Origin: Octopus sinensis
Taxonomy: Eukaryota
NCBI RefSeq assembly: GCF_006345805.1
Contig: NC_043005.1
Span: 72,106,001 to 72,170,000 of the forward strand
Direction: 5' to 3'
Length of the DNA stretch: 64,000 nt
Shown here: one piece after another, positions 50,487 through 63,427 of the stretch
How the letters are laid out: every line of letters begins with the position of its first letter
How positions within the stretch are numbered: the stretch's first letter is position 1
Notes under the pieces: generated by a model
The model's input: the letters and a program-made list of their open reading frames with translations, nothing else
Told to the model about the DNA's origin: nothing
Databases searched by the model: none
Translations under genes and position numbers: made by a program

Positions 50487-51339
50487 GTTGGGTTCAAGCA
50501 ATCTTCTTTGTTGTTCAGGAAATTAATTGTGCTTTGATGGTCTTTAATCACAATATGTCGCTTCCTGCAGCATTAAAATTCTTTATATCAGTGGTTTTCA
50601 AACTAATAAATATCAGGACCCTACAAAAGTATCAGTGAAATTTTTTGCCTTCCTCCCACTGGACTTTGTTAATGAGAAAACATAACAGAGTTTGCATCCA
50701 TAGTTATTCTTCATTTTTTGCCATTATATCGGGCAATTTCTAAAACCATCTTAATTGTTTTAAACATTGCAATTTGTCTGCTCCTTTCCTGATCTCATCC
50801 TCTATCCCTATAAAAAAAAGCACTGGTCTGTAATGCTTTGATGTGATCCTTAATGTATTCATTCTTTCCATTATCATTTATTTCTATTCATTCTTTCTAT
50901 TTCTATGTCGATGTCAAGCCTGAGCCAGTAGACCCATTATCAAAAACATTCCAGCTATGAATATCCTCTCCTTTTAGTGGTATCAAGAGTTGCAGTATGC
51001 AAAGTGGCTTCAGATGATTAGCTTGAATTGATAGAAGCATGGTTGTTTTTTCTAGCAATTCGAACAACTATGTAGAGGCTTCGTCCATGACTTCATGTCC
51101 TTGTAGTGGGTAGTGTTTTAGATGAAATCTTCTTAGAGTGCATCATTCTTTCGTTTTCTTTAATATTGTACAGAAATTGTGTTTTTCCTTTGCTCCGATG
51201 AAGTCATAGGGGTTCTCTTGTGATATTCAATGATACTCAGTGTGTCTCAGGCATCTAAATGCGGTGAGGCTTGTTGCATTTGTCAGGCTTGAATGTGGTC
51301 AGTTTTTTTTTTTTTGCCCCCAAAAGAGAGAAAGAGAAA

Positions 51340-52110
51340 GGGAATCAGCTTTGCTACTGGACTGAGGTTTTACTTATTGATTCCAAGAAGAATGAAAGGC
51401 AAATTTGAGATCCCTTGGATTTGAATTCACGAGGAGAAGAACCAGAACAAATACTGCAAGCAATTCTATGTAATGATAAGGCACATGACTTAGTGATTAA
51501 AGAGTTGGACCAATGATTGTAAGATTGTGATTTCTGGTACTTAATCTATCGACCTCGAAAGGATGAAAAGCAAAGTCTACCTTCATGGAATTTGAACTCA
51601 GAACATAAAGACAGATGAAAAACTGCTAAGCATTCCACCCGTCATGCTAATGATTCTGCCAGCTTGCCACCTTAGAGGCAAAGACAATATTGGCATAATT
51701 TGAACTCGGGGCATAAACACAGAAGAAATTCTGCAAAGCATTCTGTCCAGTATGCCTACAAATCTGCCAGCTCACCATCTCTATGCAATACAAGTTGACC
51801 TCAGCAGGATTTGAACTCATAGTTGATCAGAGGACCAGAATATCTACTGCATGGTGTTGTGTCTAATGCTCTAAATCACTCTGCTGAAACACCTCCAATT
51901 CTTTTTAATTTTAGCACAAGGCCAGCAATTCTGAGGGTGAATGAATAAGATGATTACATCAAGCCCAATGCTTGATTTGTAATTAATTCCTTAATCCTGA
52001 AAGAATGAAAGGACAAATCAATCTCTTTTTGAGAATTTGAGCTCAAGACATAAAGCTGGAAGAAACTCCAGTAAACATTTTGTCTGGTGTGCTCATGATA
52101 CTACCAGCTC
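51340..52110 (-). mobile_element. Cluster of about five decayed family-B-like SINE heads in the same orientation
   Basis: Repeated variants of gaaaggcaaa...atttgaactca...ctgc.aagcatt...ctgccagctc. Confidence 0.65.
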
Positions 52111-52120
52111 ATTTCTTTAA

Positions 52121-52491
52121 CCCTTTAACATTTAAACTGATCACATCTGGCCAAAATATTCAGCTATTTTTACATTCAAACTGGCCAGATCCAACATCTT
52201 ATACCTGCCCTGCAATATCATTCTTGAAATGCACGATCACATCTTCAAAATCTTGAAGCTATGAGGTACTCTTTTACTCTTTTACTTGTTTTAGTCATCT
52301 GACTGCGACCATGCTGGAGCACTGCCTTTAGTTGAGCAAATCGACCACAGGATTTATTCTTTATAAGCCTAGTATTTATTCTATCGGTTCTCTTTTTGCT
52401 GAACCGCTAAGTTACAGGGACGTAAACACACCAGCATCGGTTGTCAAGTGATGGTGGAGGGGGGGGGGCAAACACAGACACACAAACATAT

Positions 52492-52525
<34 letters not shown>

Positions 52526-52777
52526 GCATATATATATGACAAGCTTCTTTCAGTTTCCGTCTACCAAATCTACTCACAATGCTTTGGTCGACCCAAGGCT
52601 ATAGTAGACGACACTTGTCCAAGGTACCAAGCAGTGGGACTGAACCCGGAACCATGTGGTTGGTAAGCAAGCTACTTACCACACAGCCACTCCTGCCCCT
52701 AGGTAGTGCATGATTAATTCAAAACAAGGTGAATAAATAAGCATTAAACTTGAGAGAGTAATCTGAATACTAAAGGG
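52121..52777. mobile_element. piggyBac-like MITE with nested family A SINE (52267-52700, -)
   Basis: TTAA|CCCTTT ... AAAGGG|TTAA; further copies at about 163-372 and 25035-25556. Confidence 0.8.
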
Positions 52778-53539
52778 TTAATATTGCACGTACAACTATT
52801 ACAAGCACTTGTCCCTGCCATTAGCAAAGGTTTTATTACACAACATCATTTTTGATTAAAAGCAAATAAAATTTCTCCACTCCATAATAATTGGATGCTA
52901 CGTCAGTAGACCTTGTCATTTTTTTGCCTTCTAAATAGAAACATTTACTTGGCTGTAGGGAAAGTCTTCTTAAAAGTATCTGACAAATAATCAAAATTTC
53001 CAATTAGTAATAATTTAAATTTTCCATGTATTCAACTGCTTCAGAAATATTCTCTATATCACACTGCTTTGAGCTGTCTAATTTCTGGAAAATCATTAAG
53101 TGCATTTCTATATTCTTTTGGCTGTTTTGGAACTCATAACTCATATTACAAGCATAGGTTAACCACTACTTCACCATTTCATAGAATAGGTTTTTTTTAA
53201 AATCATTATCATATCATCATCATATTATTATCTTCATCATCATTTTAATGTCCACTTTTTAATGCTTGCATGGGTTGGAGAATGTTTATAAGGTAGATTT
53301 TCTATAGCCAGATACCCTTCTTGTTTTTCCAACCTTTGCCTGTTTCCAAGTAAGGCAATATATCTCCATAGTGACACTTGTTTTCACAGAATACTGAAAA
53401 CGAATAACACTGCTTATATGACAGTGACACTTCTTTACGACTATTCCACACTGTCAAGGCAAAGGCACACAACCGTTCATGCTCACACCTACATAAATAA
53501 TACATATATATATAATTATACTCATTATGTGTGTGTGTG

Positions 53540-53858
53540 TGAAGGCGCATGGCTCAAAGGTTAGAGCATAGAGCTTACGATCGTGAGGTTGTGAGTTTGA
53601 ATCCTGGACTGGGCTGTGTTGTGTTCTTGAGCAAGACACTTTATTTCACATTACTCCAGTTAACTCAGCTGTAGAAATGAGTTGCAACATCACTGGTGCC
53701 AAGTTGTATCGGCCTTTGCATTTCCCTGGGATAACATTAGTGGTGTGGAGAGGGGTGGCTGGTATGCATGGGCAACTGCTAGCCTTCAATGAACAATCTT
53801 GCCCTGTCTTGTGCCTGGGAGGATAACTTTCTTGGTGCAATCCCATGATCATTCATGG
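53540..53858 (+). mobile_element. tRNA-derived CORE-type SINE, family F
   Basis: A-box tggctcaaagg and B-box gtttgaatcc, then gtgttcttgagcaagacacttt. Confidence 0.8.
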
Positions 53859-53932
<74 letters not shown>

Positions 53933-53940
53933 ATATATAT

Positions 53941-53971
<31 letters not shown>

Positions 53972-55959
53972 AGTGGGTTTCTATTAGTTACTGTCTGCCA
54001 AATCCACTCACTAGACAGTGATCAGCCTAGGGCTACAGTAAAATACACTTACCTAAGATGCAATGCAGTGGGACTGAACCTGAGACTGTGTGATTAGGAG
54101 GCAAATATCTTAATGACAAAGTTGCACCTGTACTTAATATTTTAATACTTTAATTAATTTCTGTCATAGTAACCTGAGTGTGCTGCGGTTAGTTCTTATT
54201 GAAATTTTTATTACTTGTCTGTGTACTCCAAACTTTAATATTCAAACTCACCTTTGTGGTTTTTGGTCTTTTAACAGAAACTTCGTGTAATTTACATTAT
54301 TACAATATGCATGTCATTCAATTTTTAGCCAGTTTGATTTTCAGATTTGTCTCCCTTTGTCTTTCTTGGTCGGAATTATCCTTTGTGCTCTTTACTGTTC
54401 TCTTTGTTATGAACATAATTTCCGTTAAGCGAACATTATATTTCGGGGTGCTCATTACATTATGTTACAGCCAACATTGCTCTATATTCTATTTTGAATT
54501 TTGCTTTAATGTTGTTTTTGATCATCCAGCATATAAGAGTGATCACATATTCCAGTCACCACATTTTAGTCTTGTCTTTGTTGGCATTGTATTGTGCTGT
54601 TTCCTTTTAGCTTGTAATAGTATTAACATTCTTGTGGTTTTAGCCACTAGCTATCATATATGGAATATTTGACAGTCTGATGCTGATGTTTTGACTGAGT
54701 TAAATTCCAGAAACTTTATGGCTTCAACACTGGTTGTTGTGAGAATTTCTTTTCTTAGTCTTTTTATACATGTGTCTATGTGTTTAAGCATGCACCTTCT
54801 GTGTGTATGCACTGAAATTATATTTAAGATATTAAAGAAATTTTCGTATTTGTATTGTTTTCTTTGCTCTTGTACATTTATGTTTGTTTACATTACATTC
54901 AGATGTGTATATTTATATACCCTACCCGCCATTTTCCCATGTATGTTTATGAATATTTATGTTACTTATGAACAAACAGGCATATGCCAATTTTGATATC
55001 CTTTGTATTAAAATAAATTTTCTGTTTTGTTTGATAGTTCTTCTTCAAAGCATTCAATCCCCACCAGTTATTAAATCATATATTGCAATAAAGAATTTAA
55101 CCACGACAGCAATAGTTCCACTCTTTACTCGCAGATTACCTTTCTGAAAACAAACATTAAAAAAGCATAAAAGAAAAAAAAATATGCTGATTCTACAGAA
55201 TCCTCATAAGAAATAATGAAAAATTGAAATATTAACATAGAAAGAAACCAAAAAAAAAATTTAAAAATCATATTTTTACAAATTGTAGGAATAAAACTAA
55301 AAGAAGGAACTTGCAAACAATACACTATAAAGTAATCAGAGTTGATTGAATAAAATACAATAACATTTTGGAAATTCAGTATTTATATTTCTTTCTTTAT
55401 ATCAAATAAGTACCACAAACATTTGTCATATTTGAAGGACAGAAACAGATGACTTTTGTCTATTTGTTTAAATTTTTCTTTATTTAACATTTTATTTAGA
55501 GAAAGATGGAAACAAAAACAGGAGGTGAATGAGAAAGAAAACTGACGGCTATGGTTTATTTTAGAAGTTTCACTTAAAATATTACTTCAAGTTTATGATA
55601 ATATAGTTTAGAGTAAATTTTTTCCTACATTTCACTCAACACAAATAAAATCTACCCACTTCTATTCTATAAAGTTGCAAAATAACTAAATTTAAATTAG
55701 TAACTATTTCTGTGAGCACTTGGCAATCAATACTTGAATACTTTTATTTTTATTTAGTATGCATTGTAATTTGTGAGAACAATAGCATCATTGGTTACAT
55801 GTTTCTATCAGGCCAATCATTATTTGACAGCATTTCTGATGGCCTGATTGACTATAAACATCTGCAACTTGGGACATCATTCAAAGAGGACTGGACTTCT
55901 ATTTAAGATAGACATATATATTGATTACATACATACATACATCTCTTTCTCTCTTTTTC

Positions 55960-56335
55960 TCTCTTTTAATTGTTTCAGTCATTTGACTGCAGCCTTACTG
56001 GAGCACTGCCTTTAGTCGAGCAAATCGACCCTGGGACTTATTCTGTCGGTCTCTTTTGCTGAACTACTAAGTGACGGGGACATAAACACACTAGCATCAG
56101 TTGTCAAGCAATGTTAGGAGGACAAACACAGACACACAAACATACGCACACACACACTTATATATACATATATATGACAGACTTCTTTGAGTTTCTGCCT
56201 ACTAAATCCACTCACAAGGCTCTGGTCGGCCCGAGGCTGTAGTAGAAGACACTTGCCCAAGATGCTATTCAGTGGGAATGAACCCGGAACCATGTGGTTG
56301 GTAAGCAAGCTACTTACCACAAAGCCACTCCTACA
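55960..56335 (-). mobile_element. SINE family A
   Basis: Reverse complement of the family A consensus. Confidence 0.85.
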
Positions 56336-56347
56336 TACATATGTGTA

Positions 56348-56410
<63 letters not shown>

Positions 56411-56651
56411 CAAGATAAGAAAATGGAGAAATACATCTAAATCAAATATCAATTACCAGATAATACTCAATCACATACTTTATTAAACCACTACATAAGA
56501 GACTGTAGGGTTAAATATAAAAGCAGAACAAAACAGTGTACATAAAGGAATGTACATAAAAAAGTCTACATAAAAGAGTAATGTTGTATAAGTGGAATAT
56601 ATATAAAAGAGAATATAAATATAAGTAAATATAAATATAAGTATAGATTAT

Positions 56652-56780
56652 ATCTTACAGTTGTTTCGGCCATGTAGATAGGTATGTCTCATTTTACCAA
56701 TATTAGCCCTTTATGGTTGGTCAATATATAGATATAAATGAGACATTTACAAAAAAATATCATAAGGCCTCTTCGGAGAT
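56652..56780 (-). ncRNA. Hammerhead-ribozyme-like motif with long stem II, in a probable Penelope terminal-repeat remnant (~56410-56790)
   Basis: Minus strand ATCT-CCGAAGA-GGCC-[~95-nt insert with 11-bp stem atgtctcattt/aaatgagacat]-GGCC-GAA-ACA-ac-TGT-A|AGAT. Stems I (ATCT/AGAT), II and III all close; U4 is replaced by C. Confidence 0.7.
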
Positions 56781-57179
56781 TATGTGATAAAATCAGTCTA
56801 CATATATACCCACATGGGTGTGGGTGCATACCCATAATACAACATATACATATACATATGAGTGCATATACTCACACTCTTATACATATAAAAATATAAA
56901 TATACATAATGATATAAATAAATAATATAAATTAGTAAACATATATATGTGTTCCACATTCAATGTTTCAGTTTTTCGACATAATATTGTGATAATAAAC
57001 ATACACAAATTAGTACCTAGATGCAAATATACATAGTCAATTGTACATTATATTACTTCATAATAATTTCTAAAGTGTCATTAAAGTTAGCATCATTATC
57101 GTTGTCAATACCATTAATGTTATCATTATTATCATTCATAATATTATTAATAATGCTGACATTGGGATCCAGAGCGGTA

Positions 57180-57578
57180 TATATGTATATCCGGGTTATA
57201 AAATCCTTGCTGCATATCAGTTCAAAGGCCATGATGGTTTACTGCTAGTGTTATCAACTTTTCTACAGCCATTCTTTTGTGATTGCCATTTGGTGAAGGT
57301 AGAGTTTGATATTACAGCCTTCTTTTGAGTTTCTTGCTGGGCTAGCTAGGACCTTTGGAACAGTGCAGTGACATCTATTTTAGGAGCTGATATAGCTCTT
57401 GATGTCAAAGTTTGGTGCCAACCCCACCAAGATCTTCCATACATATATCGGTGCATATCTTTCCCATCTTCACTCACTTGAGTGAAGATGCTCTTTCAGT
57501 CTCTCTGCTGTTTCATTGATGCTATCTTCTTAGTGTAGCACTGCTGGACTGCTTCAAGTTCCACTATTAATTTGCCAC

Positions 57579-57580
<2 letters not shown>
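57180..57580 (-). mobile_element. CR1/L2-group LINE 3' fragment
   Basis: Minus strand ELEAVQQCYTKKIASM...ERLKE...RWERYAPIYVWKILVGLAPNF. Confidence 0.75.
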
Positions 57581-57611
<31 letters not shown>

Positions 57612-57880
57612 CAGCTAATTTCGCTCTTACGTCTCACATTTGATCTTTGACTTCTGGCCGAAATCAGATCGCCATGTTGATTCACTAGCCTCTGCACGCA
57701 TTTTTTTTCTCTCCTTGTTTCTTTCTGTGTTTCTTTTCTGTGTATCTTTCTGTTGAAGAGCGTAGGCTCGAAACATAAAAGACTTGTTTTATTTATATTC
57801 CTGAGCACCATACTAATACAATTGTTTGTTTGTATTCCACCTGCCTTCGTCTTTTGTCTATTTTCATAAAGCTTCCCGTT
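57612..57880 (+). mobile_element. ~270-bp Penelope-type terminal-repeat or retrozyme-like element flanked by (TA)n
   Basis: Unique island between TA microsatellites that carries a minimal hammerhead motif; PLE assignment is inferred from that motif. Confidence 0.55.
57745..57782 (+). ncRNA. Minimal type I hammerhead-ribozyme-like motif
   Basis: TCTTT-CTGTTGA-A-GAGC-gtag-GCTC-GAA-A-ca-T-A|AAAGA: 5-bp stem I, 4-bp stem II, one-pair helix III; A6 is replaced by U. Confidence 0.7.
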
Positions 57881-58059
57881 ATATATATATATAGATAGAT
57901 AGATAGATATAGATACAAGATATGTACATATATATATATGTATATATATATATACAAGATATGTGCACGCACACACACACACACACTTATAGATATAGAT
58001 ATAAGACATGCACACATATGCACATGCATACACACAAGTGTGCACACACATTTCTAAGT

Positions 58060-58765
58060 GCAGGCATGACTATGGTAAAGAAGCTCACACAGTTGCAGAT
58101 TCAATTCCACTGCATAACACCTTGGACAAGTCTTCTACTACAAGCCTGGGCAAATCACTGCCTTGTGAGTGAATTTGGTAGATGGAAACTGTGTGGAAAC
58201 CTCTGTGTGTGTAGGTGTCCATTTCCTTTATCCTAGCAGTTTAGCAAAATAGACTGATACAATAAAATAGACTGATACTTTAAAATATGTACTGGAGTTG
58301 ATTTGTTTGACTAAAATCCATCAAGCTCGTGCCCCAGCATGGCCACAGTCCAATGACTGAAACAAGTCAAAGGTGGTATGTATGTGTGTAGGCACAGCCA
58401 TGGCTGTGTGGTAAGAAGTTTGTTTCCCAACAACATCACTCTGGTTTGGGTTCCATCCCACTATGTGGAATCTTCAGCATGTGTCTTCTGTTATAGCCTT
58501 GGGCTGACCAAAGCCTTGTCAGTTGATTTTGGAGACAGAAACTGAAAGAAGCCCATTGCATATACATATATATATATATTTATATATGTGTGTGTGTATG
58601 TGTTTGTGTCTGTCATCCACCACTGCTTGACAATGGTGTTGATGTGTTTAAGTCCTTGTAATCTAGCAATTCTGCAAAAGAGACCAGGCTTTAAAAAAGT
58701 CCTAGGGCTTATTTGTTTGACTAAAACCCTTCAAGGCCACAATCAAATGACTGAAACAAGTAAAG
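58060..58765 (+). mobile_element. Two family A SINEs (diverged 58060-58370; 58395-58765)
   Basis: Head, core and tail matches. Confidence 0.7.
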
Positions 58766-58792
58766 TGATAAAAAGGTATATACATTTATATA

Positions 58793-59010
58793 CAATGGGG
58801 TGCTGAAAAGTTCTTGGCTTAAAGGGTATCACAAAAGGCCTGACTGTAGGCCCAACCTTTCAAGTTCTTTTATGGGCTTAGAAAAACTGAAGGACCGCTG
58901 CAATAAGTGTGTGAAGCTGAGAGGGGAATATGTTGAATAAAATCATAATTAACTGATCCTCCAGTTTTTTCTTTTACTCAAAGCCTGAAACATTTCAACA
59001 CCCCATCACG
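58793..59010 (+). mobile_element. Mariner-derived MITE (~218 bp)
   Basis: ~30-bp imperfect TIRs (caatggggtgctgaaaagttc / gaaacatttcaacaccccatcacg) enclose the transposase C-terminus GLEKLKDRCNKCVKLRGEYVE*. Confidence 0.8.
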
Positions 59011-59030
59011 TTTGTGTGTGTGTGTGTGTG

Positions 59031-59066
<36 letters not shown>

Positions 59067-60198
59067 CATACATGCATACATACATATATATATATATTTA
59101 TATATACATACATACCTATATAACTGAACACAGGCTTCCACACACAGTCTCTGTCTACCAAATTACACTCACAGACGTATTGGTCAGCCTGAGGCTACGA
59201 TAGAAATCACTTCTTAATCACACAGCCATGTCTGTACCTACTTAAGTGCCATGCCAATTAACTCGTCCTGGCTAATTGACTGATATTTTGGTTAATTTAA
59301 TCAATGTAGTTGTAACCATTTTTGAACAACATTATCATTGGGGGATTTTGTTAGTGGTTGGGTTGAGGATATTATTTCATCTGATTATGTAATTTAATTT
59401 CCCCCTCGTAATTATACCATATTGTCTAGAATTATTAGTGCAGTATGTATCAAGTTTATGCGTTTATAACTTTGTATAATCTATTTTAATTGAAGCAACG
59501 TTTTACAACGTTGTTGGTAACTTAGTTGTGACTGAGGTAAAAGAAAACAAAATATTACTAGCATTTGTTTTTTTCAGAAAATCCTCACGAAAAATATATT
59601 TTTGTTTGTCAAAATAGTTAATTGTTAGTGCATGGAGTTAATATTTGGCTTGTTGTGTTTGTCTAAATATTTCCTCTTTCATCATCATCATCACCTTTGT
59701 TGCTGTCTTCATCATCATCATTGTCGTTGTTGTTGTCACCGTTTAACATCTGTTTTCCATGCTGTCATGGGTTGGACAGTTTGGCAGATGCTGGCAAGTC
59801 AGAGAGAGCTATGTTTAGCCCCTTGTGTGCAATAAGGAAATAAGAGAGAGCTACCCCAGGCTTCAATATATTTTATCTTTTACTTGTTTCTGTCATTAGA
59901 CAGTGGCCATGCTGGAGCACCAGCTATTTTGGCATGGTTTCTATGGCATCCGTGTCAGTGACACGTAAAAGCACCAACAGATTGTGGCCATTTGCCAGCC
60001 TCCTCTGGTCCCTGTGCCGGTGTCACATAAAAAACACTCACTACACTCATGGAGTGGTTGGTGTTAGGAAGGGCATCCAGCTGTAGAAACACTGCCAGAT
60101 CAGACTGGAGCCTGGTGCACTCTCCTGGCTTCCCAGACCCCGGTCGAACCATCCAACCCATGCTAGCATGGAAAACGGACGTTAAACGATGATGATGA

Positions 60199-60250
<52 letters not shown>

Positions 60251-62629
60251 CATATTTTCTACTTCCTATTTCTTTTTAAACAAACATTGACAATCATTGA
60301 GTCTTGAGATGTCAAATCTGTGAAATCGCAGGTGATAATTTAAAAAGATAATTTTTAAAATGTCAATAATTCTAGGTAGTTTTTGTCATCCATCATATGA
60401 CATGCATAAAATATTTTATAATGATTTTGCTAATTTGATTTAAAGCATAAAGTGAAAAAAAAAAAGAAGGGTGGTGAGCTCATACTCATGGGAGATTTTT
60501 AACGTTGGTCTATTTCAGGTTGATAGCATAGAATCTGAGGGTGACTACTTTGTTACACAAATGGGCAATAATTCATGTCCCAAAGCAATATTGTCAACCT
60601 GATTCTCTGATAAAAATGCCAACATAATTGACCACTTATTTTACAGAGATTCTTCCTCTACCATTTCCTCTACTTCAGGAATTTTGTTCAAGCATTTCTC
60701 TCATCACTTGCTTTATTTTTATTGAATTGATATAATGTGGTTCAGCCTTGTATCACGTCAATAGCAAGTCACTTCCTAGACTTGTCCTTCAATCATATTT
60801 TAGCCTCTCAACACCTAATATAAACCACCATCCCCTTACAAATGCTCCCCACGACTTTGTCAAGGATGCTTCTTCCATTTTCCGTTTTTCCTATTCTTTC
60901 TTGTCTTGCAAGTTACTCAGTCACTTCCCTAATGCCAGTGGCATAAAAAAAAAAGCACCCAGAATATGCTGTACAGTGGTTGGCATTAGAAAGGGCATCC
61001 AACTATAAAAGCTATGCCAAAGCTGATGCTGGAGTTTTTTGTGGCCCATTGACTTGCCAGATCTTGATTCTGAGAAATTATTGTCTAACTTATCCCAACA
61101 TGGAAAGCATGTTAAATAATGATGATGATGATTATGATGATACCTAATTGTATTAAAATTAAGGCATATCAATATGTTAAATTAGATATTGACTATTTAG
61201 AACCTGAGTAAAAAGGAAGAGCTATAAAGCAACTGTAGGATAGTGGTGATGCTCTCAAATTAGTGAATTAATGTTGATGCCACTGTAATTACCGCATGTC
61301 TTCTTTCAGCTTTCACAGATGAAAAAAATTACCTAACATCATCAAACATTGTTAAATGGTTTAATAATTATAAACATTGATAAGAACTTTGGATGGTGAC
61401 TGGAATTTTAGTTTCAGTGAAAAATAGAGATAACATGTCTAGAGAACAGCTGAAGATTGCAAATCCAGAGAAAAGAATTGACAAAAAAAATATACTTCTT
61501 TTTTGTAAAACAAATATTCACTTTCACAAACGAGCTTAGAAAATTTACATGAAATGGTTAACTCAGTCGTTAACTCTAGACATTATGAAAATCATATTTT
61601 AAAAAATAAATAAGACTTTATCAATCCAGCTTTCAATAAAAAAAAAAAACAGAATGAAATTCATTTCTTGATTATTTTATTGATGTTGAAGGTAGAAAAA
61701 CTGGAGATCTGAAGTGACTTGCAAAACATACTAAGATATTTTTCTAGTATAGAAGACACTCAATTTTCCCAGAATGGATACAGTGATAATACAACAATAA
61801 TAGTCTTCTACTACAACATTAACTTTTAAGCCCATTTTTGTTGAGGAAACTAAAAAAAATATTAATGATTTGAAAACAAAGTAAAGTTCTAGTTATGATG
61901 TCTTCTTTACTTGTCTCCTGCAGTTCTTGAAGGCTACATTAGATGAATCCCTTTGTTTGCAAATTAATCAATCGATTCAAAGTTTTGTATCTTCTGACCC
62001 ATTAAAACCCATTAAAATTATTCCTATTTTAAAGGAAAACAGAAAGTAGTTTTTGAATTGTTAACCAGTTTCTTTATTTTCTAGCATACCTAAAGTATTT
62101 GGAAAAGATAATTTTCTTCTACTATATTTTTTTATTGATGAAAATTACCTAGTTTAAAAAAAATAAACAGCTTGGTTTTTGCAGAAATAATTCCACAGAG
62201 AATGCAGCCCTTGAGCTGAGAGAACAAATTGAAGGCTATTTAAGACAATAAGACAAATAAATATAACAACTTGATTGGCAATTATCTTTTTAAGCTTGTG
62301 GCATTGGAGACAACCATCATTACTTGTCCCTTCAACTTTGACCTTCATATCTGAACTTGAGGCTAAAATAACCTAGGCAACAGGAGAAATAGAGGAGATT
62401 AATTGGTTCCATGAGAATCACTGTTGCCATAATGAGGGATAACTCCCCCATCATAATATCCTGCACTACTGGCTCGTTACAGTAATGATTTTCTCTTTAT
62501 AGATTTTGTAATGGTTTTCGAAAATGAAAGCTTAAATTATAATTTTGTTTTCTTTTCGGTTTATAATATTTGGATTTCAACACTACAAAAACAAAAAAGA
62601 AAAAGTGATTAATATCTCAGATAACTAAG

Positions 62630-62900
62630 AAGAAACACCCATTGGATTATCCCTGGGCCTTTCAAAAGCTTTCAGCACTTCGGATCACAATATTCAACTC
62701 TATAAATTACATAATTAAGAAATTAAAAATCGAATACACCCAGTTCCACAGATACCTCATTAATCGATATTGATTTGTTGTAGTATCCCCAAGGTTCCAT
62801 TTTAGAACCCCTATTATTTATTATCTATATGAACAACATATCCATGGCCCTAAAATTACTAGATTTCATTTTATATCTGGCTGGCACATCACTAATTCCC
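62630..62900 (+). mobile_element. CR1-group LINE RT core fragment
   Basis: Decodes ...LS(K)AFSTSDHNIQLYKLHN...PQGSILEPLLFIIYMNNI...LDFILY, i.e. the DLSKAFD and PQGSILGPLLFxIYIND motifs. Confidence 0.8.
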
Positions 62901-63310
62901 TTTTCTACACTTAGTCTTGAACACAGTAAATATGAACAGTATAAACAACAAGCTTTTAGATGTAGGCATCACTGTGTGGTAAGAAGTTTGCTTTCCAACT
63001 ACGTGGTTCTAGGTTCAATCTTACTGCATGGCACCTTGGGCAAGTATCTTCTGTGGGGGAGAAGATGGGATGTGGGAGAGTTTGATAGAGAACAGAATTA
63101 TTGAGAGGAAGCATGGCTGTAAAGAACATGCCTGTGTATGTGGATGGTCACAATTTTACTTAACTTGACATGTTTTCTGAAGCACAGAAAATCACCAGAA
63201 GTCTGACCAAAACTTTGTGAGGGGATTGGACTGATGGAAAACTGAAAACCTGTCGTGTGTGTGTGTGTGTGTTGCTGTCTTCTACCTTGACATCATATGA
63301 TAGTTTAAAT

Positions 63311-63427
63311 CAGTGTTTCTCAGCTATGGTCCATATAGCCCCCAAGAGTCCATATAAGATTAGAGTAGGGTAAATCTAAAATAGTAATCAAAGGAGTCCA
63401 TAGATATATAATGGTTGAGAAACCCTG
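63311..63427. mobile_element. hAT-type MITE (117 bp)
   Basis: TIRs cagtgtttctcagc / gttgagaaaccctg; perfect 8-bp TSD gtttaaat; sits inside a family J SINE. Confidence 0.9.

Noticed and set aside
50589-50670. hAT-like TIR cagtggttttcaaac
   Set aside because: Only one end found, with no partner TIR or TSD.
54199-54996. Hydrophobic 157-aa and 101-aa ORFs resembling membrane proteins
   Set aside because: T-rich intronic sequence yields F/L/V/I-rich open frames by composition; no family motif.
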